DNA of 64,000 nt, the filler included, from Sanchytrium tribonematis (taxonomy: Eukaryota), in the NCBI GenBank assembly GCA_018985235.1. It is 12 parts of 12 records of this genome, joined end to end, with 100 filler letters (N's around TTAATTAATTAA, not from the genome) between each part and the next. Parts side by side here need not be neighbours in the genome. Positions count along the whole stretch, not along the records: positions 1 to 22,759 come from JADGIG010000079.1; 11 more parts are not named here. One strand, 5' to 3'. A program made the position numbers and the translations under genes. Shown piece after piece: positions 1-10,736 of this stretch. The notes under the pieces are model-generated. The model made no database searches, was not told the DNA's origin, and saw only the letters and a program-made list of their open reading frames with translations. The first letter of the stretch is position 1; each line of letters starts with the position of its first letter.

Positions 1-783
1 GTAACTTTCTAGTCCATATAAATATCCTTTAAATGTATCATCAATGAATCCATCAAAATAAGTGTCTTTAATTTTGTGAAAACAATTTGCTGTTAGCAAA
101 GCATCTGATCCAGCCTGGTGTTGTATCCCAATTCTAGGAATTTTCATCTCATCTCCCAAGTCCTGAAGACCACCTTTCAAATTTTTACAATACCTCATAA
201 GGTACTTAATATCATAAAAATTGGGAAAGAATTTGTGCATTGTGTCAAAGAAAGAGTCATGGTGTTTCGATAAGGGAGAGTCAGTCAATACTTTCAATAA
301 ATAGCCAATATCGTAGCTCGCGTGAAAACCAATCCAATAAACTTCATTTTGCAACACCAAACCACTTGAAATCAAGAGAGATCCAAATTCTAATACATCA
401 ATCCCATAAGTGTCATGTTTACCAAAATGTAAACCGGATTTTGTTAATAAATCAATTGAAGTTTGTGAGTACATATCATTGTCCAGATTAAATTTAAAAT
501 TAAATTGCCAAGCTGCAGGTATTTTTGGATTTCTTTCATGTGGGGTTCTTCCCTTTTCATCTGTAAGTGTGACACCTAGTTGTATTAATTTTAGCAAGTC
601 TACATTTAATCTTAAAGTCTGATATTGAAAATTTAATTGAGTATCAAAATCAGCAAGTGGCCTAGCAACGGTTCCTGGAAATTCAGTATCCATTGTAATA
701 TAAGGGTAATCAAGGACCAACTCCATAATTACTTCTAACTGCTCTTCGCAATTATGCGCGTACACTTCTTGAATCATTGCCAT
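1..783 (-). CDS. POP2: CCR4-NOT deadenylase CAF1/POP2 (CNOT7/8), 3' end runs off the window
   Basis: Not in the ORF track; my translation from ATG 783 gives MAMIQEVYAHN...ITMDTEFPGTVARP...YQTLRLNVDLLKLIQLG...WQFNF...FHASYDIGYL...LKGGLQD...RIGIQHQAGSDALLT, the DEDD CAF1 motifs. Confidence 0.95.
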   Translation of the reverse strand, partial: MAMIQEVYAHNCEEQLEVIMELVLDYPYITMDTEFPGTVARPLADFDTQLNFQYQTLRLNVDLLKLIQLGVTLTDEKGRTPHERNPKIPAAWQFNFKFNLDNDMYSQTSIDLLTKSGLHFGKHDTYGIDVLEFGSLLISSGLVLQNEVYWIGFHASYDIGYLLKVLTDSPLSKHHDSFFDTMHKFFPNFYDIKYLMRYCKNLKGGLQDLGDEMKIPRIGIQHQAGSDALLTANCFHKIKDTYFDGFIDDTFKGYLYGLESY

Positions 784-830
784 GACAAATCTCCGAAGTT
801 TCACAAACGAAAATTTTAAAATTGAATTTA

Positions 831-3062
831 CTATAATATATATCCTTTTTCTTTCAGTAGCTTCTCATTATCTGGGTCATGCACATCTTGCCATTGCTGA
901 AGTGGTAATGGTATTTTTTCTTTGACTTGCTTAGCTCTTTCAACAATATCTGTAGCCGGAGTAAAGTAACTTTGATAATAAAAAAACATGACAGGTATGC
1001 CATGTAGCGCTTCCCAATAACTTCTAGATGTGTAAAAAAAGGTCATGTATCTTCCAGTTATGCCTTGTAGCCAGTCAAAACTTTGAGTCCGAAGTGGCCT
1101 CAACAAAGGAGACCAATTATTGGTCACATCTAAGGACCAGGCAGTCGATTGTATGAACCACATACCAGACTGTCTATAATCATTCCAATGCACTCTTCCT
1201 GCCATAAGTTTAATTAAATAATACACGCCATAGGTTTGAGGCACACCAAATGCGACCGCTTTGATATTTTCCCAGACAAGTTCCAAGGCATGTCCTGGTT
1301 TACCAAATCGATGGCCTGCTCCAGCCAGAAGACCCGCTTTGTCGGAAAGCATTCCAAAAGGCCTTACCAAAACAAACAGGCTCATTAGATTCCAACCATA
1401 ACCAATAATAAAGCCAGGCACAAAGAATTTATCAAGTTGCTTGAACCTGTCCTCGTTAGTTTCACCTTCGATCATATCAATCGGAAAAGCCGTAGGAACA
1501 AACATGGCCGCATTTAGTGCCAAAAATATACGAGGGATTAAACTTTCGGAATACGAATCGGCACCACCAAACAATTCAAACGCTATTGTAATGTAAACCA
1601 TCAATAGACCAAAGTATAATCTTGGAAACCAATCGATAATTGACCTAATTCGATACTCTTTCCAAGGCGTAGGTTCTCCAGAAGCTGGGTCTTTCAGCCA
1701 AACATGCATTATATTCATTGCATTTGGCGCTTTTTTAAACGACACGACATCTTCTTTAGTTATTGGGACTTCTTTGTAATTGACGTAGAACATGTGGTAA
1801 CAAGCGATTGCTGTCGCCAAATGATAGATGTTAGCAAGAGAGACCTTAAAGCGCCCTTGAAATACAACGTCTTTCATAGTTTCAGCAAATGGAAACTTGA
1901 GCTCATAATCCATTGCACGCTCAAAGTATCTGTTACCAATTTGCACATATTTAAAAGATTTCATGATAATCAATGACGAGGCATTTAACATAGCGTCCCC
2001 TGAGTTGTCCAGAATAGAGCCAATGCCAGATATACCATGTTTTTTAAGTTTTCCGACTATATCCAGATTAACCACTTCAGTCATATCAGGTAAATCATTA
2101 TAGAACGGCAATAACTGTTCATACAAATCGCCCGTGTCTCCCAACGTTTCATTCCACGAGTTTTCTTTGACAGCAGCCTTAACTAAATGTTGTCCAAATA
2201 ATTCTCGCATGTCTTTCGCATGGACAGTTTCATTAAGTTTTTTGATTTCTTCAACAGGATTTTTAATATTCATAAGTTTATCAATAGTAGAATTAATCTT
2301 GACTTTTCTCTGATCGTTCAAAAAGTTGGCAATTTTGTTTTGCATAATTGGAAATGTTTGCCATACTACTGCCCAAGCCTTGTCGTAGTAAAATTTGATA
2401 AATTCCATAGTGTTCAAATATGCAGACCAGTCTAACAACAATTTGCTTTTTAAAAAAAGTTGCTTAGTTCCGTATCCTAAATTTCCAAGAAATCTAACGA
2501 TTCTATTTGTTGTAAATTCAAAGTCATTCATAGGGCCAACTTCTCTTTTTTGAAGCTTTCTTCTTTTGTATATTCTAGTTGCATGTGTGGCTTTATCATG
2601 ATTGGCATTCTTTAAGACAAAATCATGACCATTTGAAAAAAGAGTTAATTGGCGCCTCTTACCAGGATAATTTCTGTGGTTCTTCATTTTTTCCAAGTCT
2701 GCAGTGATGCCTGACTTTATTTGATGAGGCAGATTCAAATCCAGCAATCGATTAAATGCATCCAAATGCGGATAAATTACAAAAGTCTCATTGTTTCTAA
2801 TCAGTTCTAATTCAAAAAATTGATTTGAATTTTGCTCTATTGGAATGTGTAAATGAATTTGATTCGCAACGGGTTTAACTATCTGTCCATCAGAATGTAA
2901 TCGGTTACACGAGAACAAATCCTGACAAATCAAATTGTTGTTGCCAGCTTTAATATGCAATTCTTTCGAGGTGTGTATGGTTACATAATGAACCGTTTCC
3001 CCAAATAAATCCATTAAAGCAGATTGAACATGGAACCCAAAGACACAATAGAAAGCGAACAT
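831..3062 (-). CDS. Orphan multi-pass membrane protein with possible signal/pro-region (LQKR dibasic site)
   Basis: Long ORF, first ATG at 3062 (MFAFYCVFGFHVQSA), several hydrophobic segments in the C-terminal third; no family recognised. Confidence 0.6.
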   Translation of the reverse strand: MFAFYCVFGFHVQSALMDLFGETVHYVTIHTSKELHIKAGNNNLICQDLFSCNRLHSDGQIVKPVANQIHLHIPIEQNSNQFFELELIRNNETFVIYPHLDAFNRLLDLNLPHQIKSGITADLEKMKNHRNYPGKRRQLTLFSNGHDFVLKNANHDKATHATRIYKRRKLQKREVGPMNDFEFTTNRIVRFLGNLGYGTKQLFLKSKLLLDWSAYLNTMEFIKFYYDKAWAVVWQTFPIMQNKIANFLNDQRKVKINSTIDKLMNIKNPVEEIKKLNETVHAKDMRELFGQHLVKAAVKENSWNETLGDTGDLYEQLLPFYNDLPDMTEVVNLDIVGKLKKHGISGIGSILDNSGDAMLNASSLIIMKSFKYVQIGNRYFERAMDYELKFPFAETMKDVVFQGRFKVSLANIYHLATAIACYHMFYVNYKEVPITKEDVVSFKKAPNAMNIMHVWLKDPASGEPTPWKEYRIRSIIDWFPRLYFGLLMVYITIAFELFGGADSYSESLIPRIFLALNAAMFVPTAFPIDMIEGETNEDRFKQLDKFFVPGFIIGYGWNLMSLFVLVRPFGMLSDKAGLLAGAGHRFGKPGHALELVWENIKAVAFGVPQTYGVYYLIKLMAGRVHWNDYRQSGMWFIQSTAWSLDVTNNWSPLLRPLRTQSFDWLQGITGRYMTFFYTSRSYWEALHGIPVMFFYYQSYFTPATDIVERAKQVKEKIPLPLQQWQDVHDPDNEKLLKEKGYIL

Positions 3063-3210
3063 CCGTTTACCCCACTCTCCCGCTCCTTTAATCAAAATCA
3101 AAGTCACACAAAACACGCACCAGTATATTTGTATCACAATGATCTAATTTCCTAGAGATTGGTAGAAAATTATTTTTGAGTGAAAGAGGACGGCAAAATA
3201 TCTGAAACCC

Positions 3211-3621
3211 ATGCTTTTTTTGATTAAATTATTCGCATTACAGTTCAAAATATTTGAGAATGATCTTGACATTTGTCCTGAAGGCAGCATGAAAGTAGAT
3301 TACTTTAATATCGGCAGAATAGAAGCTGGCCACTCTTTACAAGTTACTGCTAAAGGAGTATTTTCGAAAAAAGTTACTTCAGGGCAAATTCATACCCAAC
3401 TGCTTTTCGGAGTGATTCCAATTGTTAACAGACATGACGATTTATGCTCTGCGGTTGGAGAAGTGGATTTACATTGTCCATTAGAAGGTGAGAAAATTAT
3501 TGATAAAAGTTTTGAAATTCCTAAGGAGGTTCCTAAAGGCCATTATGTATTACGTGTTGATGCAATAGATCAAGACAGACAAAAGGTCACATGCATTTCT
3601 GGAACTGTGACAGTAAATTGA
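3211..3621 (+). CDS. NPC2: ML-domain lipid transfer protein (NPC2 / PG-PI transfer protein)
   Basis: Signal-like N-terminus, DDLC...CPL, IPKEVPKGHY, VTCI ML-domain pattern. Confidence 0.88.
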   Translation: MLFLIKLFALQFKIFENDLDICPEGSMKVDYFNIGRIEAGHSLQVTAKGVFSKKVTSGQIHTQLLFGVIPIVNRHDDLCSAVGEVDLHCPLEGEKIIDKSFEIPKEVPKGHYVLRVDAIDQDRQKVTCISGTVTVN

Positions 3622-3667
3622 TAAATTAAATAAAGATTATGGAACTAAAATTTAATTTTTGTTGCAG

Positions 3668-4633
3668 ATGGAAAATCAGTTATTTCCTTGGATATTTTGC
3701 AACAGTAGAGAGTGTCCAATAACGGAGACTGACTATGTAATGGAATTTGATGGAGTTGACTTGGAAGATATCTATCCAATACTTAAAAAGAAGACATTAA
3801 ACCCAAAAAAAACTTGGACAATAATTATTAAAAATAGTGAGATTTACTTCACAACAAGAAAAGACGAAATTCTCAGGGTTATCAATTATGTCCACATTGT
3901 AGAAAATATACAACTCGTCACTATGTCTCCTGCAAATTACTACAGAGTTAAATTAAATGAATGTTGGTTTTATCCGAAAATTTTGGACTTAAATGAAGAG
4001 CCGTTCAAGCCAGAAGGTGGTTTAGAAAGCCTGATATTCCAAACATTTAATCCAATTGGCGTTAAAAAAACAGATATACAAATGTTGTGTCACTTTTGGA
4101 ACACAGTTATTGATCAATACAGTATTTATCCTAGGGAACTTCTATCGAGCAAATGCTATATGTCTATATCGAAAATATTGATTGAAAAAAAGAGCACGCC
4201 TGATATTTGTTTGAGAAAGTTTGCAGATTATAGCGATATTGAGAAAAAAGACTTTCCAAAATTACCATATTATCAAAGATATCTAGTATGTGCAATATTT
4301 ATTGGCTGCTTTATACCTGAGGATAATGACAAACATTTATTTGTTAGTGACTCTCGTAATAGGCGATCAAAAAGGCGAAAAATGACAACAAATAGATTAG
4401 AATTAGGACCATTGCCTTGCGGAGTCCCTAGAATTGTAGCGCTATATAGAATGCTTCTTTCGGAAAACTCAGGTCATTCCGCGATTTTAAAGATGTTGTG
4501 GGACCTGCAAGAGAAAGAGCTTATTCATATTGACGACATTAATGTTGTGTGCCAATTTTCATTTAAATTCGCCACTAGTTGCGCTGAACAGCTGGATTTT
4601 AGTTTGCAATTGTCCAGTTATTTTTCTGCTTGA
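3668..4633 (+). CDS. ORC5: Origin recognition complex subunit 5, divergent and shortened
   Basis: C-terminal LPYYQRYLVCAIFIG...P..DKHLF...basic stretch...LGPLPCGVPRIVALY matches the ORC5_C pattern; Walker A degenerate. Confidence 0.72.
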   Translation: MENQLFPWIFCNSRECPITETDYVMEFDGVDLEDIYPILKKKTLNPKKTWTIIIKNSEIYFTTRKDEILRVINYVHIVENIQLVTMSPANYYRVKLNECWFYPKILDLNEEPFKPEGGLESLIFQTFNPIGVKKTDIQMLCHFWNTVIDQYSIYPRELLSSKCYMSISKILIEKKSTPDICLRKFADYSDIEKKDFPKLPYYQRYLVCAIFIGCFIPEDNDKHLFVSDSRNRRSKRRKMTTNRLELGPLPCGVPRIVALYRMLLSENSGHSAILKMLWDLQEKELIHIDDINVVCQFSFKFATSCAEQLDFSLQLSSYFSA

Positions 4634-4712
4634 GTAAATGTACTATTGTTTAAGAATACATTTTATTATTTTAGCTGAGACTCTCATATAATAAATTATT
4701 TCAATAGGCTAG

Positions 4713-4980
4713 TCATATCCATCTCGAGACTACTAATTCTTTGTCTTTAAACGAAATGAAATATCTCCATAGGTACCGATGACGATATAATTGAAAAAAA
4801 CCAAAAATTCCTAACCATTTATATTTTAATCCAAAAATCAACCATAAAAGATCGGAGTATCTGTTGGTAAATTGTCTTTCTATTTCGTCTTGCAATGGTT
4901 TTGTTTCTGAAGATACAATCACCTCAGTCTCAAAAGATTGAATCGCTCTCTGAAATTGAAAAAGATTGAAAACTATCATC
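4713..4980 (-). CDS. Small hypothetical membrane protein
   Basis: Fills the gap between ORC5 and the DUF423 gene; ATG at 4980; one hydrophobic stretch. Confidence 0.35.
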
Positions 4981-5007
4981 GGTTTTAAAAAAATCACCAA
5001 AATTTAT

Positions 5008-5337
5008 TCAAAAAGCCAAAGCGACCCAACCACCAATTATTAACAATCCACCGATAGGGGTAACAGGCCCGAGCCATCTGGGACCATTATTTAAAGACAA
5101 TATGTAAATACTACCACTAAATAACGTTACTCCACCGACAAACAATTTTGCAGCCACAGAATTATTCATTTGTAAAGCCAATAAAGCCATTCCAGAATGT
5201 ATCATATGGTAGTTTGTTGCGATTTTAAAAGATTGCAATTTATCTAGAGTAAGCCGATTTTTCAGTCCGTGTGATCCAATCGCCCCAAGACCAACAGCAA
5301 GGGCTCCATTTAATGCAGCAAGTAGTTGAAGAGTCAT
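5008..5337 (-). CDS. DUF423 / TMEM256 family membrane protein
   Basis: GALAVGLGAIGSHGL, YHMIH, LFSGSIY, LGPVTPIGG signature motifs. Confidence 0.92.
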   Translation of the reverse strand: MTLQLLAALNGALAVGLGAIGSHGLKNRLTLDKLQSFKIATNYHMIHSGMALLALQMNNSVAAKLFVGGVTLFSGSIYILSLNNGPRWLGPVTPIGGLLIIGGWVALAF

Positions 5338-5362
5338 TTACAGATGTATTTCAAGGAGTAAA

Positions 5363-6391
5363 TTAATTTTTTTCTAAATGTTCGTAAAGTGGTAGAGCAT
5401 CAATAAATCTTCCCAAATTGACTTGAACTGGTAATGGCCATGACTGACTTAAAAAGTAGCTATTATGAATATGGTTAGTAGTAGTGGCGACACCAAATGG
5501 AAACGTAAATACTGCATCACATGACCAACTAATTCCTACTTTGGCTACTAGCTCAAAAGTAGTTTTGATTAATTTGCTATTAACATTTGGTACACAATTT
5601 TGATTTAATTGCATTCTAAAATCCAACGGGCGATACTCGCCGCTATGAGGTGGAATATTTAATGGCTCTATCAGTTTTGCTAAATTTGTGGTTATGTTAT
5701 GTGTGGCGGTGTTGGCGTAATATATTTCTTTTCTATTTAAATAAATTTGAAAATTATTGATATGACGAACAGAATAATTTGCTATCTGTAATTCTATATT
5801 GATTACATCTCCAGGTAAATACATTTTTTGAGCGACTGTGCAATCCAAATCTATGGTTCCACCTGTACACCACAAGCAACAAATTGTTTTTAACTGGTCC
5901 ATGGATATCGGAGACATTGATTCTTTTGTCAAAGGTACCAAATCTACAATCCTAATTGGGTGCTTTTCAATGAAATCTGCACTGAATTTTTTGTGCAAAC
6001 AAACCTCCACCCAATATTCCGTCTTTCCACAATCACCGTGGAAGGTACTTGGCATGGTGGTGTATGGCAATTTAAACTCAAATTCGTGCTCATAAACACC
6101 AGCAGTCAATACACTTGATCCCGAAAGCAATCCTCTTTGGTCATCGTCCCACAGCGTGACTCGATTTGAGCAAATTGAATCTGCTTGACTGTGGTGGATG
6201 TCCTCGGACTTATTTGTTTGGCTGTTATGGCGACTTGTTGTAAAGGATGTACTTTGATTTCCCTCAAAAGCTAATGATATTGCTTTGGCCTGCAGATTTG
6301 TATTTATCGTAATTTTGCAGTAGCCTTTGACAATTTGTCCTGGATAATAAGAAGGTTCAAAGCCACCAAAAGTTATAGAGATATCATTCAT
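5363..6391 (-). CDS. Alpha-arrestin (arrestin N and C domains)
   Basis: YYPGQIVKG, AGVYEHEFEFKLP, MPSTFHGDCGKTEY, YLPGDVI, C-terminal LPLY PY-like motif. Confidence 0.88.
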   Translation of the reverse strand: MNDISITFGGFEPSYYPGQIVKGYCKITINTNLQAKAISLAFEGNQSTSFTTSRHNSQTNKSEDIHHSQADSICSNRVTLWDDDQRGLLSGSSVLTAGVYEHEFEFKLPYTTMPSTFHGDCGKTEYWVEVCLHKKFSADFIEKHPIRIVDLVPLTKESMSPISMDQLKTICCLWCTGGTIDLDCTVAQKMYLPGDVINIELQIANYSVRHINNFQIYLNRKEIYYANTATHNITTNLAKLIEPLNIPPHSGEYRPLDFRMQLNQNCVPNVNSKLIKTTFELVAKVGISWSCDAVFTFPFGVATTTNHIHNSYFLSQSWPLPVQVNLGRFIDALPLYEHLEKN

Positions 6392-6643
6392 AATGATGTT
6401 TCACTTTAATTTTCAAATGTCCCAAAAAATTATTATGATTGTTTTCGCAAATTAGTTTTGATGCAAAGTTGCCGGTAAAATCCCAAAATATTGCTAGAAT
6501 GGTTTTCATAGCCACTCTTTGATCGATTCTTATCCGATATTTGATTACCCCACAAATGATTATCTGGTGCTAGATTGAGTCACAGGCCATTAATCTTTGC
6601 GGAAGATAAGTCATTTAAATAGAGAAGACCCCCAGTCCTACAG

Positions 6644-6928
6644 ATGGAAAACAGCGCGATCAGAAAGCATAGTTGCAGATTTTGTGACAAAAGATTCAAG
6701 AGAACCGAACATTTAAAACGGCATGAGTCTTCGGTTCATTTAGGATTAAGACCTTTTGGCTGCGAATGCGGTAAAAAGTTTGGCAGGAGAGATGAGCTAA
6801 TGAGACACAGAAGAATCCACAAGTTCACCGAAATTGAAATGATTTTGAATGGAAGTGATAATCATCGGACTTTACCACTTCCTAAATTGGGTGACTTTTT
6901 AAATAGGCAGGCCTCTTTAGTCATTTAA
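6644..6928 (+). CDS. Small C2H2 zinc-finger transcription factor (2 fingers)
   Basis: CRFCDKRFKRTEHLKRHESSVH-LGLRPFG-CECGKKFGRRDELMRHRRIH. Confidence 0.9.
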   Translation: MENSAIRKHSCRFCDKRFKRTEHLKRHESSVHLGLRPFGCECGKKFGRRDELMRHRRIHKFTEIEMILNGSDNHRTLPLPKLGDFLNRQASLVI

Positions 6929-6955
6929 ATAAACTATTTACTATGATATTGATAA

Positions 6956-7705
6956 TTATCTCAATCCACAGAAACTAAATCTTGGTGATTGACCACCTAT
7001 ATCATAAATACTGAGACATAAATGAATCATTATATTCCATACTGGAATTGTTGCAACCTGAAAGACGGTGTAATAATCAGGTTCAGTAAACATAGATATA
7101 CAAGCGCCCATTAAAATAAACACTCCAATTAACAATATGTGCGCACTTGTACCTAAACTGACACCTTTAGCCAGATCCTTCTCTTCAATTAGAGCATGCG
7201 TAACAACAATATTAGTAGTACCTTGGTTGAAGCAACAAAGGTACGCTGGTACAGTTCTTCTTCTGTTGCAATCCGCAGTAAACTCAGATTTAAGACTACC
7301 TAAGCTGTAAATAGAGATACAAATACCATAAACACCGAGAAGCAAGCTCACAATTATATTAAATTGAATAATTGGAACAAACCCAGTTACCAAATATACT
7401 ATCCAAGTCGTAAAAAACAATTCCAATATGCGTAAATTGGTATTAGGTCTTCTGAAAGCAAATGTAATGACAAACATGTATGATCCCATCAAGACGGCAC
7501 AGAGCGAGCCAATTGTATATAATATAATTGAAAAATATCCAAATGGTAGTAAAACATTTAACAAAAAGGAAATACCCAATAAAATGTAAGACAGAGCTAG
7601 TCTGAATTTTCTTAATATTCTAGCTAGACCGTAAATTGCTATAATTGCATTCAACACACTGATACTTATAAAACTGTAAGAAGGAACTCCAGACGAAACA
7701 ATCAT
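6956..7705 (-). CDS. Orphan multi-pass membrane protein (about 7 TM)
   Basis: 249-aa ORF with repeated hydrophobic helices. Confidence 0.6.
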   Translation of the reverse strand: MIVSSGVPSYSFISISVLNAIIAIYGLARILRKFRLALSYILLGISFLLNVLLPFGYFSIILYTIGSLCAVLMGSYMFVITFAFRRPNTNLRILELFFTTWIVYLVTGFVPIIQFNIIVSLLLGVYGICISIYSLGSLKSEFTADCNRRRTVPAYLCCFNQGTTNIVVTHALIEEKDLAKGVSLGTSAHILLIGVFILMGACISMFTEPDYYTVFQVATIPVWNIMIHLCLSIYDIGGQSPRFSFCGLR

Positions 7706-7887
7706 CTTGTTTCAAATGACACATTCTAAATACGTTATTGGATTTTTACAAGACTGAGAAATTTGATGATTTGGCGGATATCATACAGCGCATCTTATCT
7801 TGGATGTCGACAACTTATCAGATGGTGCAATAACCTGGAGAATGGCATAATTTGCAACATCATTTTGCAAAACGACAAGTCCTCCCT

Positions 7888-9228
7888 ATGACAAGTCTTA
7901 TGTTCTTGCTCACTGTTTTCGCTGGAAGCTCACACCGTAGTGATGGCAACTCATTTATGAATCATGTAGTGGAACCTGCATTTAATACCATGGTATCGAA
8001 GTTTGATCCTGAAATATTTTATCCTAAGGTTGACCCAACGTTGAAACAAGTAGATTCTGATCTACTATTGCGTTTGCAGCGATATTATACTTATGTTGCA
8101 ATAGCGCACTGTAAATATGGGTTTGAAAATTGGAAGTGTGGAAGGTGCGAAAATACTCCAGTGACAGAGGGTACTGAATTTATAGGTAGATTTATTGGTC
8201 CGGAATATAGTCATTATGGTTATGTAGCAGTAAATGCTCGTCACAAAGAGATTTACGTCAATTTTAATGGCGCAACTACACCAACACATTGGCAACTGAT
8301 GGAGTTTGAATTAAATAAGATCGTCATACCTTTAGATCCTCAGATAAAAAAACAGTATGGAGTTAAAGGTGATATTAAGGTTCATAGAGGATTGTGGAAA
8401 TTATTTGAAGACATTTACCCTAAGGTTTTACAGCAGTTAAGAGAGGCTCGGCAAGCATATCCCGACTTCCAGGTAGTGGCAACAGGGCACAGTATGGGAG
8501 GCGTTTTTGTCGGCTACTTGGCTTTTCAAATGTTATTGGATAAAACTTTAAATTTGGGAAATATAATAATTACTAGCTTTGGTTCCCCTAGAATCGGGAA
8601 TATTCATTTTGCCAAATTAATTCCAAAAATTACAAAAGAAGCTTACCGTGTCACCCATAATTCCGATACGATTGTAAAAATACCACCCAAAATTTTGGGC
8701 TATGTGCATTACCCGGTGGAAATTTGGCTAGCAGATAAGTATATTGGTGATGGAGATCCAATTCAACCCGAGGCTTTTAAGTCTAGTCTATCAGACTCCG
8801 AATTTGACTTTTTAGAACCACATACTTACATATGTGACGATTATAGAGATGACTTTTTTCGAGGTTTCGAAGACGAACGTTGCCTCTTATCAACAAAGCT
8901 ACATTTTCAATTCAAAATGAGCTACAAAAATATGGATCCCGCCCAGGTGCTACCGTCGGTCCCGGATGACAAGGCTTCGAGGTCTCTTGTTGGCACAGAT
9001 CCGGAAACATTAGGCATTGAAGAAAAAACAGGAGCAATTGCTATGAAAAAGAAAGAAAAGCTCTTTTCGTCCTGGATCTCAGAAAATTATCCTATTACTA
9101 CGAATTCCTTTCCCAACTACTACATGCACAGTACCTTTTGGAAGATGTACAGTACTTCAGATCCCGCACATGGACTTTGTCTTGCCCATCCTACAGAAAG
9201 CGATTTACGAAATAAAAGCATCAACTAA
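7888..9228 (+). CDS. Secreted class 3 lipase (alpha/beta hydrolase)
   Basis: VHRG, TGHSMGG nucleophile elbow, SFGSPRIGN, RVTHNSDTIVKIPP, YVHYPVEIW; signal peptide from ATG 7888. Confidence 0.92.
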   Translation: MTSLMFLLTVFAGSSHRSDGNSFMNHVVEPAFNTMVSKFDPEIFYPKVDPTLKQVDSDLLLRLQRYYTYVAIAHCKYGFENWKCGRCENTPVTEGTEFIGRFIGPEYSHYGYVAVNARHKEIYVNFNGATTPTHWQLMEFELNKIVIPLDPQIKKQYGVKGDIKVHRGLWKLFEDIYPKVLQQLREARQAYPDFQVVATGHSMGGVFVGYLAFQMLLDKTLNLGNIIITSFGSPRIGNIHFAKLIPKITKEAYRVTHNSDTIVKIPPKILGYVHYPVEIWLADKYIGDGDPIQPEAFKSSLSDSEFDFLEPHTYICDDYRDDFFRGFEDERCLLSTKLHFQFKMSYKNMDPAQVLPSVPDDKASRSLVGTDPETLGIEEKTGAIAMKKKEKLFSSWISENYPITTNSFPNYYMHSTFWKMYSTSDPAHGLCLAHPTESDLRNKSIN

Positions 9229-9235
9229 GGTTTAT

Positions 9236-10736
9236 TCATTCAACTATCATTCCGCTCATTAGATCTTGCAAGTTAATGATTTGCTCGCTATCACCCCAAG
9301 CTTCAACTTGATTTGCAACCTCATTGTCTTCCTCCACATCTTGTAAAAATGCGTTGAATGTTTCTTCATTTTGATCCACTGTATTGAGTCTTTTTAAATT
9401 CCAAGATCTTTTCTTTAATTTCTTGGGATAAACTTTTCTTATTATTATTACATCTGGAATGTTTTCAGAATTCAAAAGTTCAAAGTCATCATTATTAAAG
9501 TTTTGATTAGTTAGATCGTAACACTCTATATTATCGCCCGGATGAAGAATATGTCCTAAATGAGTTCGGACAGTAAACATTTCATTGTCGCTGTTTCTTG
9601 CGATGCACACCGTCGAAAGTTGGTGAGAGTCTGTTGCCTGGTGATTCTCTTCAACATCTATTACATAAAATTGAACTAAATCCTTGACAATACACAGAGG
9701 GGGGAACCCACCACTCCCAAATGCAGCCTTTGATGCAGCCCCAGAAAATGCTCCTCCTTTAGCTTTAAATGAACTTTTGTGATGACCTTGAGTAGCACCT
9801 TGGACAGTTGGGTGACTACTCCAATATCGTTCTGCTGACAATTCGCTAGTTTTTAAAGTTTGAGGATCGAGTAGATGAAGCCATTTGCCCACTCTATTGA
9901 CTATGCATATTTGATTTATACCACCTAGCTTGTTTGCAAGCTGTTTTGGAAGGCATAATAAATCCAAACGACTGAGCGGAACGATTTCGACACTAAATGT
10001 TACTTTCACATTTGCTGTATTACTTTTCAAGTCAGCACTAATAATTTGATCGCTGGTTTGCATTCTTGCAGGAACAGCCTTCAAAACAAATTCAACAAAC
10101 TTCTGGGCATGGTGTTTGGTAACAAAATGCATATCCATTCCTTCCTGCTGAGGTGCTATGCCAACGCAATCCAAATGCATCTTATTTTTCAAAATTAGCT
10201 GCTCCAAAAACAACAAAGATCTTCCGTGCTTAGCGTGCTGCCTTAATTGAACATTTGCAACCCAAGTTTGCTAAGTGAATATATTTTACCTTTGCTGCAA
10301 GTTTTGTACACTGAGGGCATTGAGTGTATGCTACAATATATTCCACTAATTGAGTATGATGAACGATTGTGTTGTTCCCTATATCCTTCTCGTAAGTGAC
10401 CTTTGTTTTTATCCTCTTACTGTGTGGTTCAGTGTAAATAAATGACCCATCTAATAACTTCATATTTAGTCTTTTAAGGCACAATGTTAGCAGCTCCTTT
10501 GATTCCCACAACGCAAAAGTCCACGTAGAAGGATGCTGATGATACCTATCGCACTGCTTGCAAAATAATACGGTTTGAGTCGGAATTAGATCGCTTTGAA
10601 TTTGTGATTGTAGACATTGCATACAGGTGTTCGAAGGATTTGGTTCTATTGCTGTACCGCAGAGACAGCATAAAATTAGTTGCGTTTGATTTTCTGCTTG
10701 GTCTAGATCCATCATTTCAACATAATTGTCATTCAT
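9236..10736 (-). CDS. NMD3: 60S ribosomal export adaptor NMD3, two exons (10736-10290, 10270-9236), 493 aa
   Basis: CCLCG..IEPNPSNTC, ESKELLTLCLKRL, FIYTEPHSKRIK; splicing restores the conserved AAK|QTWVANVQLRQ...LFLEQLILK. Confidence 0.95.
10271..10289 (-). other. 19-nt spliceosomal intron in NMD3
   Basis: GTAAAATATATTCACTTAG; removal restores frame and the conserved NMD3 motif. Confidence 0.9.
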
